Source of the DNA: Thermodesulfobacteriota bacterium | GTDB lineage: Bacteria; Desulfobacterota; Desulfobulbia; Desulfobulbales; SURF-16 | Length of the DNA: 64,000 bases | Assembly (NCBI GenBank): GCA_040755455.1 | Contig: JBFMAY010000017.1 | Location: 1 to 64,000 of the forward strand | Direction: 5' to 3' | Shown: positions 52,294 to 61,766 of the stretch, in pieces | Numbering within the stretch: the stretch's first letter is position 1 | How the letters are laid out: each line of letters begins with the position of its first letter | Translations under genes and position numbers: made by a program | Notes under the pieces: generated by a model | Database searches by the model: none | Told to the model about the DNA's origin: nothing | The model's input: only the letters and a program-made list of their open reading frames with translations

Positions 52294-53660
52294 TACTGGC
52301 CACCTGCTTCCATACCCTGTGCGATACGCATCTCTCCAGACAGGTCGGGGAACGTCACCTTGAGGGATGAATCCTGTACCGTGGCGGTTTTCCCTTTGTA
52401 GGTGCCAGAGTAGGTATTCAGAAACAATTCCCTGGGGGCCATGTTCAAGACCTCGGTGTGCTTGATTCGGACTTCCTCTGTTTCCCGGATAGACAGCCCA
52501 CCGCCCAGGGAGATAATCGGCGAGAACCGCCGTTGTTCGCCGAGATGTTCGGAAACATAGCTGGCGGTATGAGCGTCAGGGACCCGCATGAAGAGTTTAG
52601 TGTTGCAGTTATCAAGAATGGTATTGGCCCGGTTTTCACCCACTTCTGCGAACAACTGGCTGATGGACTGACAATAGCCATGAATGAAAACACCGGCCCC
52701 GCCGGCCTTGGCGAACAGATCTTCGATGCCCTGGTAAAGCACTGATTGCGCTTCATCAATATGCAGGACCAGCGTCGGGGTGACATTTTTACCGCTGGAA
52801 TAGACCCGGCCCACAAAGGCCTGAATCATGGAGATGATGACCTTGCCTGCCGTATACGCTGCCCGTTTGGTGAGCAGCGAGCCAAGCTGCACCACCAGGA
52901 TGATACCCTCTCCCTGTTCCAGTCGTCGGACAAAACGGTTTTCGTCCGCCTTACCGATGATCCTGCCGACATTTCCCGAGGTAAGTTCAGTGAGGGCAAC
53001 CCGCAGGGAACTGGCTACCTTGGAATAGTAATCGGCCGGGGTGCTCAGGATTTTCTGTATGTCCCTGGAAAGCTGCTCCGCCTCCGGTGTGTCGATGTAA
53101 TCAATTTTTTCCTTCAACCGTTCAAGGTCCTGGTGGCTGATGTGATTCTTGATGTCATTGAGATTGAAAGATGGTTTTCTGCCGGCAACCTCGGCCAGCA
53201 GGATCAGGGCCTGGACCACCACCAGGCTCACCTCATAGGCCACGCCGAAGAAATACGGCTCTCTTCCCACCGCCACCCCGGCGGTGATATGAGCCACCAA
53301 TTCTTCCGGCATATAGTAAGAGGAAAGCGGATCGAGAATGGCGCTGTATTGGGGAAAAATAGGAGTGATCAGCATCAGATCCTGCTTGCGGCCCGTATCC
53401 ATGGCAATTTGGGTGATTTTGGAAAAGAGATCGATATCGCCCTTGGGATCAATGGCCACCACGGAATAGCCCTTGCGGATATCCTGCTCGATGATGTGTT
53501 CCATGACCCGGGTCTTACCGACCCTGGTGGTACCGAAACACCAGAAATGACCTTTCCGGAAGGAATCGGGAAAGCCCAACTCCAGAATGGTATTCGGATG
53601 ATCGAGATGTACCCCGGTGCCGATCATGGTCCATGGTTCTTTTGATTTGCGTTTGAACAT
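52293..53660 (-). CDS. Type IV coupling protein (TraD/VirD4-like ATPase)
   Basis: Walker A GTTRVGKT, IDPKGD, Walker B LHIDEA, QSISQL, NTKLFMRV. Confidence 0.85.
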   Translation of the reverse strand: MFKRKSKEPWTMIGTGVHLDHPNTILELGFPDSFRKGHFWCFGTTRVGKTRVMEHIIEQDIRKGYSVVAIDPKGDIDLFSKITQIAMDTGRKQDLMLITPIFPQYSAILDPLSSYYMPEELVAHITAGVAVGREPYFFGVAYEVSLVVVQALILLAEVAGRKPSFNLNDIKNHISHQDLERLKEKIDYIDTPEAEQLSRDIQKILSTPADYYSKVASSLRVALTELTSGNVGRIIGKADENRFVRRLEQGEGIILVVQLGSLLTKRAAYTAGKVIISMIQAFVGRVYSSGKNVTPTLVLHIDEAQSVLYQGIEDLFAKAGGAGVFIHGYCQSISQLFAEVGENRANTILDNCNTKLFMRVPDAHTASYVSEHLGEQRRFSPIISLGGGLSIRETEEVRIKHTEVLNMAPRELFLNTYSGTYKGKTATVQDSSLKVTFPDLSGEMRIAQGMEAGGQ

Positions 53661-54406
53661 TATTTTCCTGGTAGGGCCCTGACGATTTTCACCTGGACCC
53701 GCTCTTTCAGTTCCCGATCCACGGCAATGATGGCTTTTTTCGACAGCGGTTTCGTGGTCAGGATGATGCTTTTATGACCGACATATCGTTTGACGCAACG
53801 CAACCGAACCTTTTCCGCTTCTGCCCCCAGGTGGCTCTTCAGCAGATTCTCAACAAGAGTTTTCGAAACCCGATCCACAATCACCTTGAGCCGTGGGGTC
53901 CCGTTCAGGGAAATAGGTTCTACTCGGCGAAGATGAAAGGCGCGTTTTCTGCCGGCCGAAAATTCAACTGAATTCCGTTCGTGGATTCCGATCCGGTTAA
54001 GTGGGCAGACGGCGATTACCGATTCATTTAGGACCACCTCGGTTTCTACCAGAAGGTTCCCTTCCTGATCGCGCCCCACAATCTCACCCCAGCGCCATTC
54101 TTTTTCATAGTTTTTGTATATTGCCGTCTCTTTCAGCACCGCCGCTTTTGCCAAACTATCTTCAATATACCGAAGAATAGTCTTCCGGCCTTTAATTTGA
54201 CAGAAATCAATCACTTTCTGCATGATTACTCCGCCGGAATCATTGTAGGCCACAGCCTCCAGGCATAAGTCTGCGCGGAAGAACACCATTACCTGTAGCC
54301 GATACCAGCGGGAAAGCATGGAGGAGAAAACTGCTTCAATCTCCGTCATGACTTCGGGTTTGGTGAGACCGTATTTGCCAGTTAAAGAAGTGATTATTTT
54401 CTGCAC
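53660..54406 (-). CDS. Divergent NusA-like protein (NTD + S1 + degenerate KH)
   Basis: N-terminal GLTKPEVMTEIEAVF helix pair; S1-like GEIVGRDQEGNLLVE...AVCP...F..G...F....V......KVIVDRVSKTLVENLL; KH-like KRYVGHKS...AVDRELKERVQV. Confidence 0.55.
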   Translation of the reverse strand: MQKIITSLTGKYGLTKPEVMTEIEAVFSSMLSRWYRLQVMVFFRADLCLEAVAYNDSGGVIMQKVIDFCQIKGRKTILRYIEDSLAKAAVLKETAIYKNYEKEWRWGEIVGRDQEGNLLVETEVVLNESVIAVCPLNRIGIHERNSVEFSAGRKRAFHLRRVEPISLNGTPRLKVIVDRVSKTLVENLLKSHLGAEAEKVRLRCVKRYVGHKSIILTTKPLSKKAIIAVDRELKERVQVKIVRALPGK

Positions 54407-54583
54407 GAAGTTGCCACCTGTTGTCCCGTTGAATAGCCACGCAAGTGTTGTTGGCCCTTAATAGCTTTTTCAGGAGGGATGACGCGTGGTGGACGGTCTG
54501 TTTCTCGTCTTCGATATTTTCCAATGCAAAATTAAATAGTTATAATGTTTGCAGGGTGATTGAAAGGAGAGTGCAATAATTGC

Positions 54584-54633
54584 TTGACAAGGGATAAAAG
54601 ACTACATATTTTAAAAGTAAGTAATCAATTACT
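54584..54633 (+). promoter_or_regulatory. Promoter and palindromic operator of TetR 1
   Basis: TTGACA-N17-TATTTT followed by AGTAAT-CA-ATTACT (54620-54633). Confidence 0.65.
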
Positions 54634-54650
54634 ATCTTTTAGGGGGACTT

Positions 54651-55259
54651 ATGAAGCGAAGCGCAAAACATCTTCCAGCAGAAGAGCGCCGTACAGTGAC
54701 AGTCGAAGCCTTGGTCGAATTGGCTGCGGAACAAAATCCCAATGATATCACCACAGCGGCGATTGCTCATCGCATGGGATTGACCCAGGGTGCTCTTTTT
54801 CGCCATTTTCCCAACAAGGCCGCGATCCTGCAAACAGTGATGGAATGGGTGACCCAACGACTACTGTCTAAATTAGAGAAAGCCGCGCTGGCCGCACCAT
54901 CCGCGATTGCGGCGCTTGAAGCCATGTTTCTGGCCCATGCGGAATTTGTCGCCGAACATCCGGGAGTGCCCCGCATTTTATTCGGGGAGCTGCAGCGGGC
55001 TGAAAAAACAGCTTCCAAGCGTTTGGTGCAGACCCTCATAAAGCAATATGGGGAGCGACTGAAGCGACTGATCGAGGAAGGGAAAAAAAATGGGGAACTG
55101 AATGCCCAGCTTGATACGGAGTCAGCCGCCCTTCTCTTTATCGGCAGTATTCAGGGACTGGTAATGCAATCGCTTCTTGCAGGGGATGCCGATTTCATCC
55201 GCCATAATGCTTCCGGAGTCTTCGCTGTCTATTGCAGCGGCATCAGGAGAAAACAATGA
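54651..55259 (+). CDS. TetR-family regulator 1
   Basis: ITTAAIAHRMGLTQGALFRHFPNK HTH. Confidence 0.93.
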   Translation: MKRSAKHLPAEERRTVTVEALVELAAEQNPNDITTAAIAHRMGLTQGALFRHFPNKAAILQTVMEWVTQRLLSKLEKAALAAPSAIAALEAMFLAHAEFVAEHPGVPRILFGELQRAEKTASKRLVQTLIKQYGERLKRLIEEGKKNGELNAQLDTESAALLFIGSIQGLVMQSLLAGDADFIRHNASGVFAVYCSGIRRKQ

Positions 55260-56407
55260 AACGTCTATCCTTCCAAAATCGTACACTGGCACTGCTGGTT
55301 GTGCTTTTACCCCTCGTAGCGCTATTTCTCTATGTAGCCCTGCGATCCGGCCCTCTTGCACCGGTTCCGGTAACAGTGAAAGCGGTGGAAAACCGTGCCA
55401 TCGCGCCCGCAATGTTCGGCATAGGCACGGTGGAAGCTCGCTATACCTATAAAATCGGTCCTACCTATGCCGGACGGGTCAAGAGATTGAAGGTGCAGGT
55501 CGGAGACCGGGTTTCGGCTGGCGAAATACTTGGAGAGATGGATCCGGTCGATCTCGACGAACGAATTCGCGCCCAGGAGGCCGCGCAAAAACGAGCCGAG
55601 GCCCAGTTGCGCGAGGCCCGGGTGCACCAGGCATATGCGAAGGAGCAGGCCGGTCGCTACGAACAATTGCTGGCAGCGCGATCCACAAGCGAGGAAATCG
55701 TTTCCACCAAATTACATGATTTGAAGGCGGCCGAGGCGGTTTTGATCGCATCGGAAGAGGAATTCTCCAGGATTCGAGCCGAACACGAGGCTCTGGTCGC
55801 ACAGCGCCACAACCTGCTGCTTCGTGCACCTGTCAACGGTCTCGTCACTCTGCGCAATGCGGATCCCGGTTCCACCGTTGTGGCCGGCCAGTCGGTTGTG
55901 GAGGTGATCGATCCCACGAGCATATGGATCAATGTGCGTTTTGATCAGATTCATGCGCAGGGGCTGGCGTCGGAGTTGCCGGCTCAGATTGTGCTCCGCT
56001 CGCAAAAAGGCGATCCGTTAAACGGTCGCGTGTTGCGGGTGGAACCTTTGGCTGACCCGGTAACCGAGGAAACCCTGGCCAAGGTGGTGTTTGATCAGCT
56101 CCCCCAACCCCTGCCGCCGATAGGTGAACTGGCGGAAATAACCATCACCTTGCCGCCGCTTCCCGAAAATCCGGTCATCCCCGATGCTGCCATCCAGCGC
56201 AATGGTGAAAGGATGGGCGTGTGGCAGGTAACGGACGGGAACCTGCACTTTACTCCGGTGTCCTTGGGCAAGGCCGACCTTGCAGGAAATGTGCAGGTGC
56301 GCGAAGGGCTCAAAGCCGGCGATCAAGTTGTGGTTTACAGTGCCAATTTCCTCCAGGCGCGGAGCAGAATTCGCGTTGTCGACCATATCCCGGGGGTAAA
56401 GCCATGA
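55256..56407 (+). CDS. Efflux periplasmic adaptor (MFP/HlyD family)
   Basis: N-terminal TM; GRVKRLKVQVGDRV, LRAPVNG, GLKAGDQVV. Confidence 0.9.
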   Translation: MKRLSFQNRTLALLVVLLPLVALFLYVALRSGPLAPVPVTVKAVENRAIAPAMFGIGTVEARYTYKIGPTYAGRVKRLKVQVGDRVSAGEILGEMDPVDLDERIRAQEAAQKRAEAQLREARVHQAYAKEQAGRYEQLLAARSTSEEIVSTKLHDLKAAEAVLIASEEEFSRIRAEHEALVAQRHNLLLRAPVNGLVTLRNADPGSTVVAGQSVVEVIDPTSIWINVRFDQIHAQGLASELPAQIVLRSQKGDPLNGRVLRVEPLADPVTEETLAKVVFDQLPQPLPPIGELAEITITLPPLPENPVIPDAAIQRNGERMGVWQVTDGNLHFTPVSLGKADLAGNVQVREGLKAGDQVVVYSANFLQARSRIRVVDHIPGVKP

Positions 56408-57609
56408 TCAGTCTGGCAGGAAGAGACATCATGCATTCCTGGGGCAAGTTTGTCTTTACGGGCATGGGACTCGGGCTGTTGATCGGTGTCACCCTCTCCA
56501 TGGCTGGCATCTATCGCGGTATGGTGGATGACGCCAAGGTGCTGCTCGACAACAGCAGCGCCGACCTCTGGGTGGTGCAAAAGGATACGCTTGGTCCCTA
56601 TGCGGAATCATCGAGCATCTACGATGACGTCTGGCGTAGGATACGGGCGATGCCAGGCGTGACCAGAGCGGCAAACATCACCTATCTCACCATGCAGGTC
56701 CGACACGGTGATCGTGATGTGCGCTCCATGGTTACCGGCATCGCAGCAGGCGAGCCCGGCACCCCCGGCTGGCCGCGGACTCTGGTGGCCGGCCGACATA
56801 TTAGCCGGGGGCATTATGAGGCGGTGGCAGACATTGCTTCCGGATTCAAGATCGGCGATCGCCTACAGATCCGCCGGAATCAATACCTAGTGGTCGGTTT
56901 GACCCGGCGCATGGTTTCATCCAATGGCGACCCCATGATATTCATCCCCCTCAAGGATGCCCAGGAAGCGCAATTCCTCAAGGACAACGACGCCATCCGA
57001 GAACAGCGACGCCGCACCGCGGCAAACCCTGCATTCAATCGCCCGCAGGTTCCAGGTCTGCTTGATGCCGTCATTGCTTCTCAAAGTATCAATCCTTATG
57101 TGAACGCTATACTGGTGCAGGTCGAAAGAGGCCATGACGCAGCAGATGTGGCCCAAACAATCCGAAATTGGAAACGGCTCACCGTCTACACGCGAAACCA
57201 GATGGAGGAGATTCTCGTCGGTAAGCTGATCGCCACTTCGGCCAGACAAATCGCCATGTTTCTGGTGATCCTTTCGATGGTCAGCTCGGCCATTGTCGCC
57301 TTCATAATCTATACCCTGACCCTTGGCAAGATTCGCGAGATCGCGGTACTGAAACTGATCGGCACCAAAAATCGCACCATCGCCGGCCTTATCCTGCAAC
57401 AGGCCGTGGCTCTGGGGGTGATCGGCTTCGTGGTAGGCAAGATTTCCGCCACTTTGTTGATGGCGCCGATTTTTCCCAAGCATGTGCTGCTGGAGCCCCT
57501 CGATTCCGTCCTCGGCTTTATCGCGGTGGTGCTGATCTGCCTGCTGTCAAGCATCATCGCCATTCACACAGCCCTCAAGGTGGATCCCGCCGAGGCCATA
57601 GGAGGGTAA
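56404..57609 (+). CDS. MacB/FtsX-type ABC permease
   Basis: ADLWV, REIAVLKLIG and DPAEAI motifs; 1+3 TM topology. Confidence 0.9.
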   Translation: MISLAGRDIMHSWGKFVFTGMGLGLLIGVTLSMAGIYRGMVDDAKVLLDNSSADLWVVQKDTLGPYAESSSIYDDVWRRIRAMPGVTRAANITYLTMQVRHGDRDVRSMVTGIAAGEPGTPGWPRTLVAGRHISRGHYEAVADIASGFKIGDRLQIRRNQYLVVGLTRRMVSSNGDPMIFIPLKDAQEAQFLKDNDAIREQRRRTAANPAFNRPQVPGLLDAVIASQSINPYVNAILVQVERGHDAADVAQTIRNWKRLTVYTRNQMEEILVGKLIATSARQIAMFLVILSMVSSAIVAFIIYTLTLGKIREIAVLKLIGTKNRTIAGLILQQAVALGVIGFVVGKISATLLMAPIFPKHVLLEPLDSVLGFIAVVLICLLSSIIAIHTALKVDPAEAIGG

Positions 57610-57610
57610 A

Positions 57611-58318
57611 ATGAGCGGCAAAGGTATTCTTATCGAAGGGGTGAGAAAACGTTACGGCAGCGGAGACACCGCAGTTGATGCCCTGAAAAACGTCAATATG
57701 CAGGTGGCCCCTGGCGAGGTGGTCGGCCTGATCGGGCCATCCGGCTCCGGCAAGACCACCCTGCTGAAAGCACTCGGAGCGGTGATCGAGCCCACCGCCG
57801 GGAAAATGACCATCGGCGGCGAGGTGATTTATGACGACGGCTGGAAGGTTGACGACTTGCGGGCTTTGCGCCGCGACAAAATCGGCTTTGTTTTCCAGGC
57901 GCCGTATCTCATACCCTTTCTCGATGTCACAGACAACGTCGCGCTGCTCCCCATGCTGGCAGGGGTGCCGAACGCCGAGGCCCGTAGCCGGGCGATCCAA
58001 CTGTTCAAGGCCCTAGATGTAGAGCACAGAGCCAAGGCCATGCCCTCACAGCTCTCCGGCGGAGAACAGCAGAGGATAGCCATCGCCCGCGGCCTGGTCA
58101 ATCATCCGCCGGTGATCCTCGCTGACGAGCCTACCGCACCGCTTGACAGTGAACGGGCGTTGGCGGTGATCCGGATACTGAACGACATGGCGAGAAAATT
58201 TGAAACCGCCGTCATCGTCGTCACCCACGACGAAAAAATCATTCCGACCTTCAAGCGCATTTATCATATCAGGGACGGCGTGACCTACGAAGAGGCCGGG
58301 GAAGGACGAGATTTTTAA
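57611..58318 (+). CDS. ABC ATP-binding subunit (LolD/MacB type)
   Basis: GPSGSGKT, LSGGEQQR, ADEPT, VTHD. Confidence 0.93.
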   Translation: MSGKGILIEGVRKRYGSGDTAVDALKNVNMQVAPGEVVGLIGPSGSGKTTLLKALGAVIEPTAGKMTIGGEVIYDDGWKVDDLRALRRDKIGFVFQAPYLIPFLDVTDNVALLPMLAGVPNAEARSRAIQLFKALDVEHRAKAMPSQLSGGEQQRIAIARGLVNHPPVILADEPTAPLDSERALAVIRILNDMARKFETAVIVVTHDEKIIPTFKRIYHIRDGVTYEEAGEGRDF

Positions 58319-58364
58319 TGAGGGAATATTTCGTGTAGCTTCCTTTCCTTAATGGAGGTTTTTT

Positions 58365-59813
58365 ATGAATAAATTCAGAAAAATAAGCGGATGCATTTTA
58401 TCCGTATGCATCCTGTCCATTATTTTTTCGGGATGCACAGTTGGTCCCGACTTCAGGAGGCCAACGATGCCGGAGGTCTCCACCTACACCGTAACTCCAC
58501 TGCCGGATCGCACAGTTCCCGCATCCACAGCATTGGGGGATCCACAACAGTTTGTCTCCGGCGGCCTGGTCAATCCGCAGTGGTGGCAAGAACTCGGTTC
58601 CCCCAGGCTCGATATCCTGATCGGGGAAGCCTTGCAGGCAAATCCGACCCTTGCCGGCGCGCAGGCCACATTGCGTCAGATGCGTGAACTCTATGCCGCT
58701 CAAGCCGGGGCGACCCTGTATCCGCAAGTGAACGCCAACCTTGACGGCCAGCGGCAGAAATCGAACCCCAGCGCTTTGGGGCTGACTGGAGAAGCCCGGG
58801 AATTCAGCTTTTTCAACGCCGGGATGGTCTTAAACTACACGTTCGATCTGTCGGGCGGGAATCGTCGCTCTCTGGAAGCCCTGGCTGCAAAAATTGACTA
58901 CCAGCGTTACCAACTTGAGGGCGCTCAGCTCACGTTGGCGGCAAATGTCGTCTCCACCGCCGTTACCCAAGCTAAGCTGACCTCGCAAATCGAATTCCTG
59001 GAGGCCGTTCTCTCCTCCCGAGAAGAACAGCTGCAACTGACCAGAGACCGGGTTCGACTCGGTCAAGCCGCTCCCTATGAGGTTCTGGCCCTGGAAACCC
59101 AAGTGGAAGAGACACGGGCCGAAATTCCTTTGCTGAAAAATCAGCTGCAGCAGGCTGGGCATCTGCTTGCCGTATTAGCGGGCCGACCGCCGGCAACGGC
59201 TGATTTTCCGGCATTTACGCTGGATGAGTTCCGTCTGCCGACCGAGCTTCCGTTGACCGTGCCTTCCGAGTTGCTACGTTCCCGCCCGGATATTCGAGCC
59301 GCCGAGGCCCTTCTGCATGCGGCAAATGCCGAATACGGCGTAGCAGTCTCCAAGCTGTATCCTCAACTCAACCTCAGCGCCAATCTCGGCTCCCAGGCCT
59401 TGACCACCTCTGCATTGTTCGGAAGCGGTTCTGCTGTCTGGAGCCTGGTAGGCCACTTGACACAGCCTCTTTTTAACCCTGGCTTACCCGCTGAAAAACG
59501 CGCGGCGTTGGCTGCATTGGATGCGGCGGCGGCGAATTACCAAAACGTGGTGCTGGAATCCCTGCGTAATGTGGCCGATGTGCTGCGGGCATTGGAAAAC
59601 GACGCACTGCGGCTTGCCGCTCTCTCCCTGGCGGAGAAGGCTGCACAGGGCTCACTGGAATCGGTGCGGCAACAGTATGACCTGGGTGCAGCCAGCTATA
59701 TCCAACTGCTTACCGCACAACAGCAGTCACTGCAAACACGAATCAAACTGGTAGAGGGCCAGGCGCGGCGTCTTACCGATAGCGCGGCATTGTATCAGGC
59801 CATGGGGGGATGA
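58365..59813 (+). CDS. Outer-membrane efflux lipoprotein (NodT/TolC family)
   Basis: Lipobox FSGC-TVGPDF; PSELLRSRPDIRAAE; LYQAMGG. Confidence 0.92.
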   Translation: MNKFRKISGCILSVCILSIIFSGCTVGPDFRRPTMPEVSTYTVTPLPDRTVPASTALGDPQQFVSGGLVNPQWWQELGSPRLDILIGEALQANPTLAGAQATLRQMRELYAAQAGATLYPQVNANLDGQRQKSNPSALGLTGEAREFSFFNAGMVLNYTFDLSGGNRRSLEALAAKIDYQRYQLEGAQLTLAANVVSTAVTQAKLTSQIEFLEAVLSSREEQLQLTRDRVRLGQAAPYEVLALETQVEETRAEIPLLKNQLQQAGHLLAVLAGRPPATADFPAFTLDEFRLPTELPLTVPSELLRSRPDIRAAEALLHAANAEYGVAVSKLYPQLNLSANLGSQALTTSALFGSGSAVWSLVGHLTQPLFNPGLPAEKRAALAALDAAAANYQNVVLESLRNVADVLRALENDALRLAALSLAEKAAQGSLESVRQQYDLGAASYIQLLTAQQQSLQTRIKLVEGQARRLTDSAALYQAMGG

Positions 59814-59822
59814 ATAATCTGT

Positions 59823-59867
59823 TTGACAAGAATTCGGTCAATCACTATTGTGAATTTAAATTCACAA
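59823..59867 (+). promoter_or_regulatory. Promoter with perfect 20-bp palindromic operator of TetR 2
   Basis: TTGACA at 59823; TTGTGAATTT-AAATTCACAA at 59848-59867. Confidence 0.75.
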
Positions 59868-59879
59868 CAAGGTGCGTTG

Positions 59880-60488
59880 ATGACAACAGAGAAACTGCCA
59901 ACCGAAGTCAGAAAGGAACAGATAGTCGAGGCGGCACTGCATGTTCTGAGTGGCAACCATATCAAAAAACTGAAAATGAGTGATGTGGCGGAGCACATGG
60001 GGCTGACCCCCTCCGCTTTATACCGACATTTTAAAAATAGAGACGCCCTACTGAGCGCAATTCTGGAACATATCCGCACAAAGCTGCATGCAAGCCTGGA
60101 AAGTGTCAGGCAACAGTCTGATAACTCGATTGACCGGTTAAAAGAGATGCTTGTGCGCCATGCACGATTGATCAGCGAGCAGCCGGGTATTCCTAGAATT
60201 GTGTTTTCCGATGAGCTCTGGGGGCAAAAAAGGGAACGCCGGCTCAGGATGTATCGGATCGTTACGGGGTATCTTGCCGAGATAGAGGATATTGTCCGAC
60301 AGGGCCAGGGAAGCGGCCAAATAAGAAAAAAATTAGACGCGAGCGTTGTTGCAAAAATGTTCTTCGGCATTGTTCAACCTGCTGCCCTTCTCTGGCATAT
60401 GAGCGATGGCGAGTTTGACGTTAAAGGACATGTTGCCGAGGCGTGGCCTGTTTTTCTGGAGTTGCTCACCGACCCTAATTTTTTCTAG
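59880..60488 (+). CDS. TetR-family regulator 2
   Basis: MSDVAEHMGLTPSALYRHFKNR HTH; related to TetR 1 (both contain PG(V/I)PRI). Confidence 0.92.
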   Translation: MTTEKLPTEVRKEQIVEAALHVLSGNHIKKLKMSDVAEHMGLTPSALYRHFKNRDALLSAILEHIRTKLHASLESVRQQSDNSIDRLKEMLVRHARLISEQPGIPRIVFSDELWGQKRERRLRMYRIVTGYLAEIEDIVRQGQGSGQIRKKLDASVVAKMFFGIVQPAALLWHMSDGEFDVKGHVAEAWPVFLELLTDPNFF

Positions 60489-60491
60489 TTA

Positions 60492-60509
60492 TGTGAAATT
60501 ATATTCACA
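60492..60509 (+). promoter_or_regulatory. Second TGTGAA-N6-TTCACA operator, upstream of the ferredoxin
   Basis: TGTGAA-ATTATA-TTCACA, same consensus as 59849-59866. Confidence 0.65.
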
Positions 60510-60525
60510 AAAGTGAGGTATTGTC

Positions 60526-60717
60526 ATGAAAACACCGATCGTTGACCATGAATTGTGCATAGGCTGCGGGGTTTGCGCGGAATTCTGCCCGCAAGTCTTT
60601 GAAATCAGAGATGAAAAATCTTGGGTTATAGGGCCGGACCAATGCGGCACTTGCGATTGCGAAGAAGCGGTTGACTCTTGCCCGGTTGCCGCCATAGAAC
60701 TTAAAGAAGCCGATTAA
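60526..60717 (+). CDS. Small ferredoxin
   Basis: CIGCGVCAEFCP...AVDSCPVAAI; GAGG RBS. Confidence 0.92.
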   Translation: MKTPIVDHELCIGCGVCAEFCPQVFEIRDEKSWVIGPDQCGTCDCEEAVDSCPVAAIELKEAD

Positions 60718-60755
60718 GGACAAAAGCAGTCCAAATCAAAAAAGGAGGAACCATC

Positions 60756-61370
60756 ATGAAAACAACACATTTGTTTATCGGAGTATTTGTCGTGATAATC
60801 TTGTTGGCGGGAGCGATGATTGTTCCTGCCAGCAGCTTTGCCCATTGCGATACCCTTGACGGGCCTGTAGTCGCAACGGCCAGGGTCGCCTTGGAAAAAG
60901 GGAACATAACGCCGCTGCTGAAGTGGGTCCGGCCGGAGAATGAACAGGAAATCAAAGCAGCCTTTGACAAAACCTTGGCAGTGCGCGTCAAAGGTCCTGA
61001 GGCAAAGGAATTGGCCGATATGTATTTCTTTGAAACCCTGGTCCGTATACACCGTGCCGGCGAAGGGGCCCCCTATACGGGTTTGAAACCCGGCGAGGCG
61101 ATTGACCCGGCTGTGGCCTTGGCCGACAAGGCCCTGGAAAGCGGCAATGTCGATAAGTTGGTCAATGTGCTGACCAATGCCATGGCCAACGGCATCAGGG
61201 AACGTTTTGCCAAAGCCTATGAAAATCAAGGGCATGCTGACGAAACTGTTGCGGCGGGCAGAGAATTCGTCGAGTCCTATGTCATCTTTACTCATTATGT
61301 GGAGGGGCTGCACGGGTTGATCAAGGGGGGAGCCGCCCATCATACCGGTGAAGGGGGTGACGGTCATTAA
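60756..61370 (+). CDS. Exported conserved protein (DUF6448-like)
   Basis: Signal peptide; HCDTLDGPVV, FFETLVRIHRAGEGAPYTGLKP; His-rich tail; GGAGG RBS. Confidence 0.75.
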   Translation: MKTTHLFIGVFVVIILLAGAMIVPASSFAHCDTLDGPVVATARVALEKGNITPLLKWVRPENEQEIKAAFDKTLAVRVKGPEAKELADMYFFETLVRIHRAGEGAPYTGLKPGEAIDPAVALADKALESGNVDKLVNVLTNAMANGIRERFAKAYENQGHADETVAAGREFVESYVIFTHYVEGLHGLIKGGAAHHTGEGGDGH

Positions 61371-61395
61371 AGTCAGTTTGAAATTTTATAGAGGC

Positions 61396-61761
61396 ATGAT
61401 GGAGGATATTCAAATCAAACGAATCTATAGCCTTGCCGAGAAGGGAGATGGATTTCGCATCCTTGTCGACCGGGTTTGGCCTCGTGGAATGACAAAAGAG
61501 CAGGTTAAGGCGGATCTGTGGTTAAAGGATGCCGCACCGAGTACGGCCTTGCGAAAGTGGTTCAGTCATGATCGATCAAAGTGGGAATTGTTCAAGAACC
61601 GTTACTTTTCGGAGCTAGATACAAAGCAGGAAATTGTGTCGAGGTTGCTGAAAGAAAGTGCGAAAGGACGCCTGACGCTTTTATTCTCAGCTCGGGATAC
61701 GGAATGCAACCAAGCGGTTGCTTTGAGGGAGTATTTGCTTTCGCACACTGCAAGAGGATAA
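61396..61761 (+). CDS. DUF488/YeaO-family protein
   Basis: IKRIY...DGFRILVDRVWPRG...APSTALRKWF. Confidence 0.9.
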   Translation: MMEDIQIKRIYSLAEKGDGFRILVDRVWPRGMTKEQVKADLWLKDAAPSTALRKWFSHDRSKWELFKNRYFSELDTKQEIVSRLLKESAKGRLTLLFSARDTECNQAVALREYLLSHTARG

Positions 61762-61766
61762 AAGTC

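Noticed and set aside
54336..54524. 62-aa minus-strand ORF upstream of the NusA-like gene
   Set aside because: TTG start, no clear RBS and it overlaps the next gene. It may be a remnant of a backbone gene cut by the cargo, but this cannot be supported from the sequence alone.
59849..59866. CRP/FNR site interpretation of TGTGA...TCACA
   Set aside because: The spacer is 8 bp rather than 6, and the two copies flank a TetR gene, so a TetR operator is the simpler reading.
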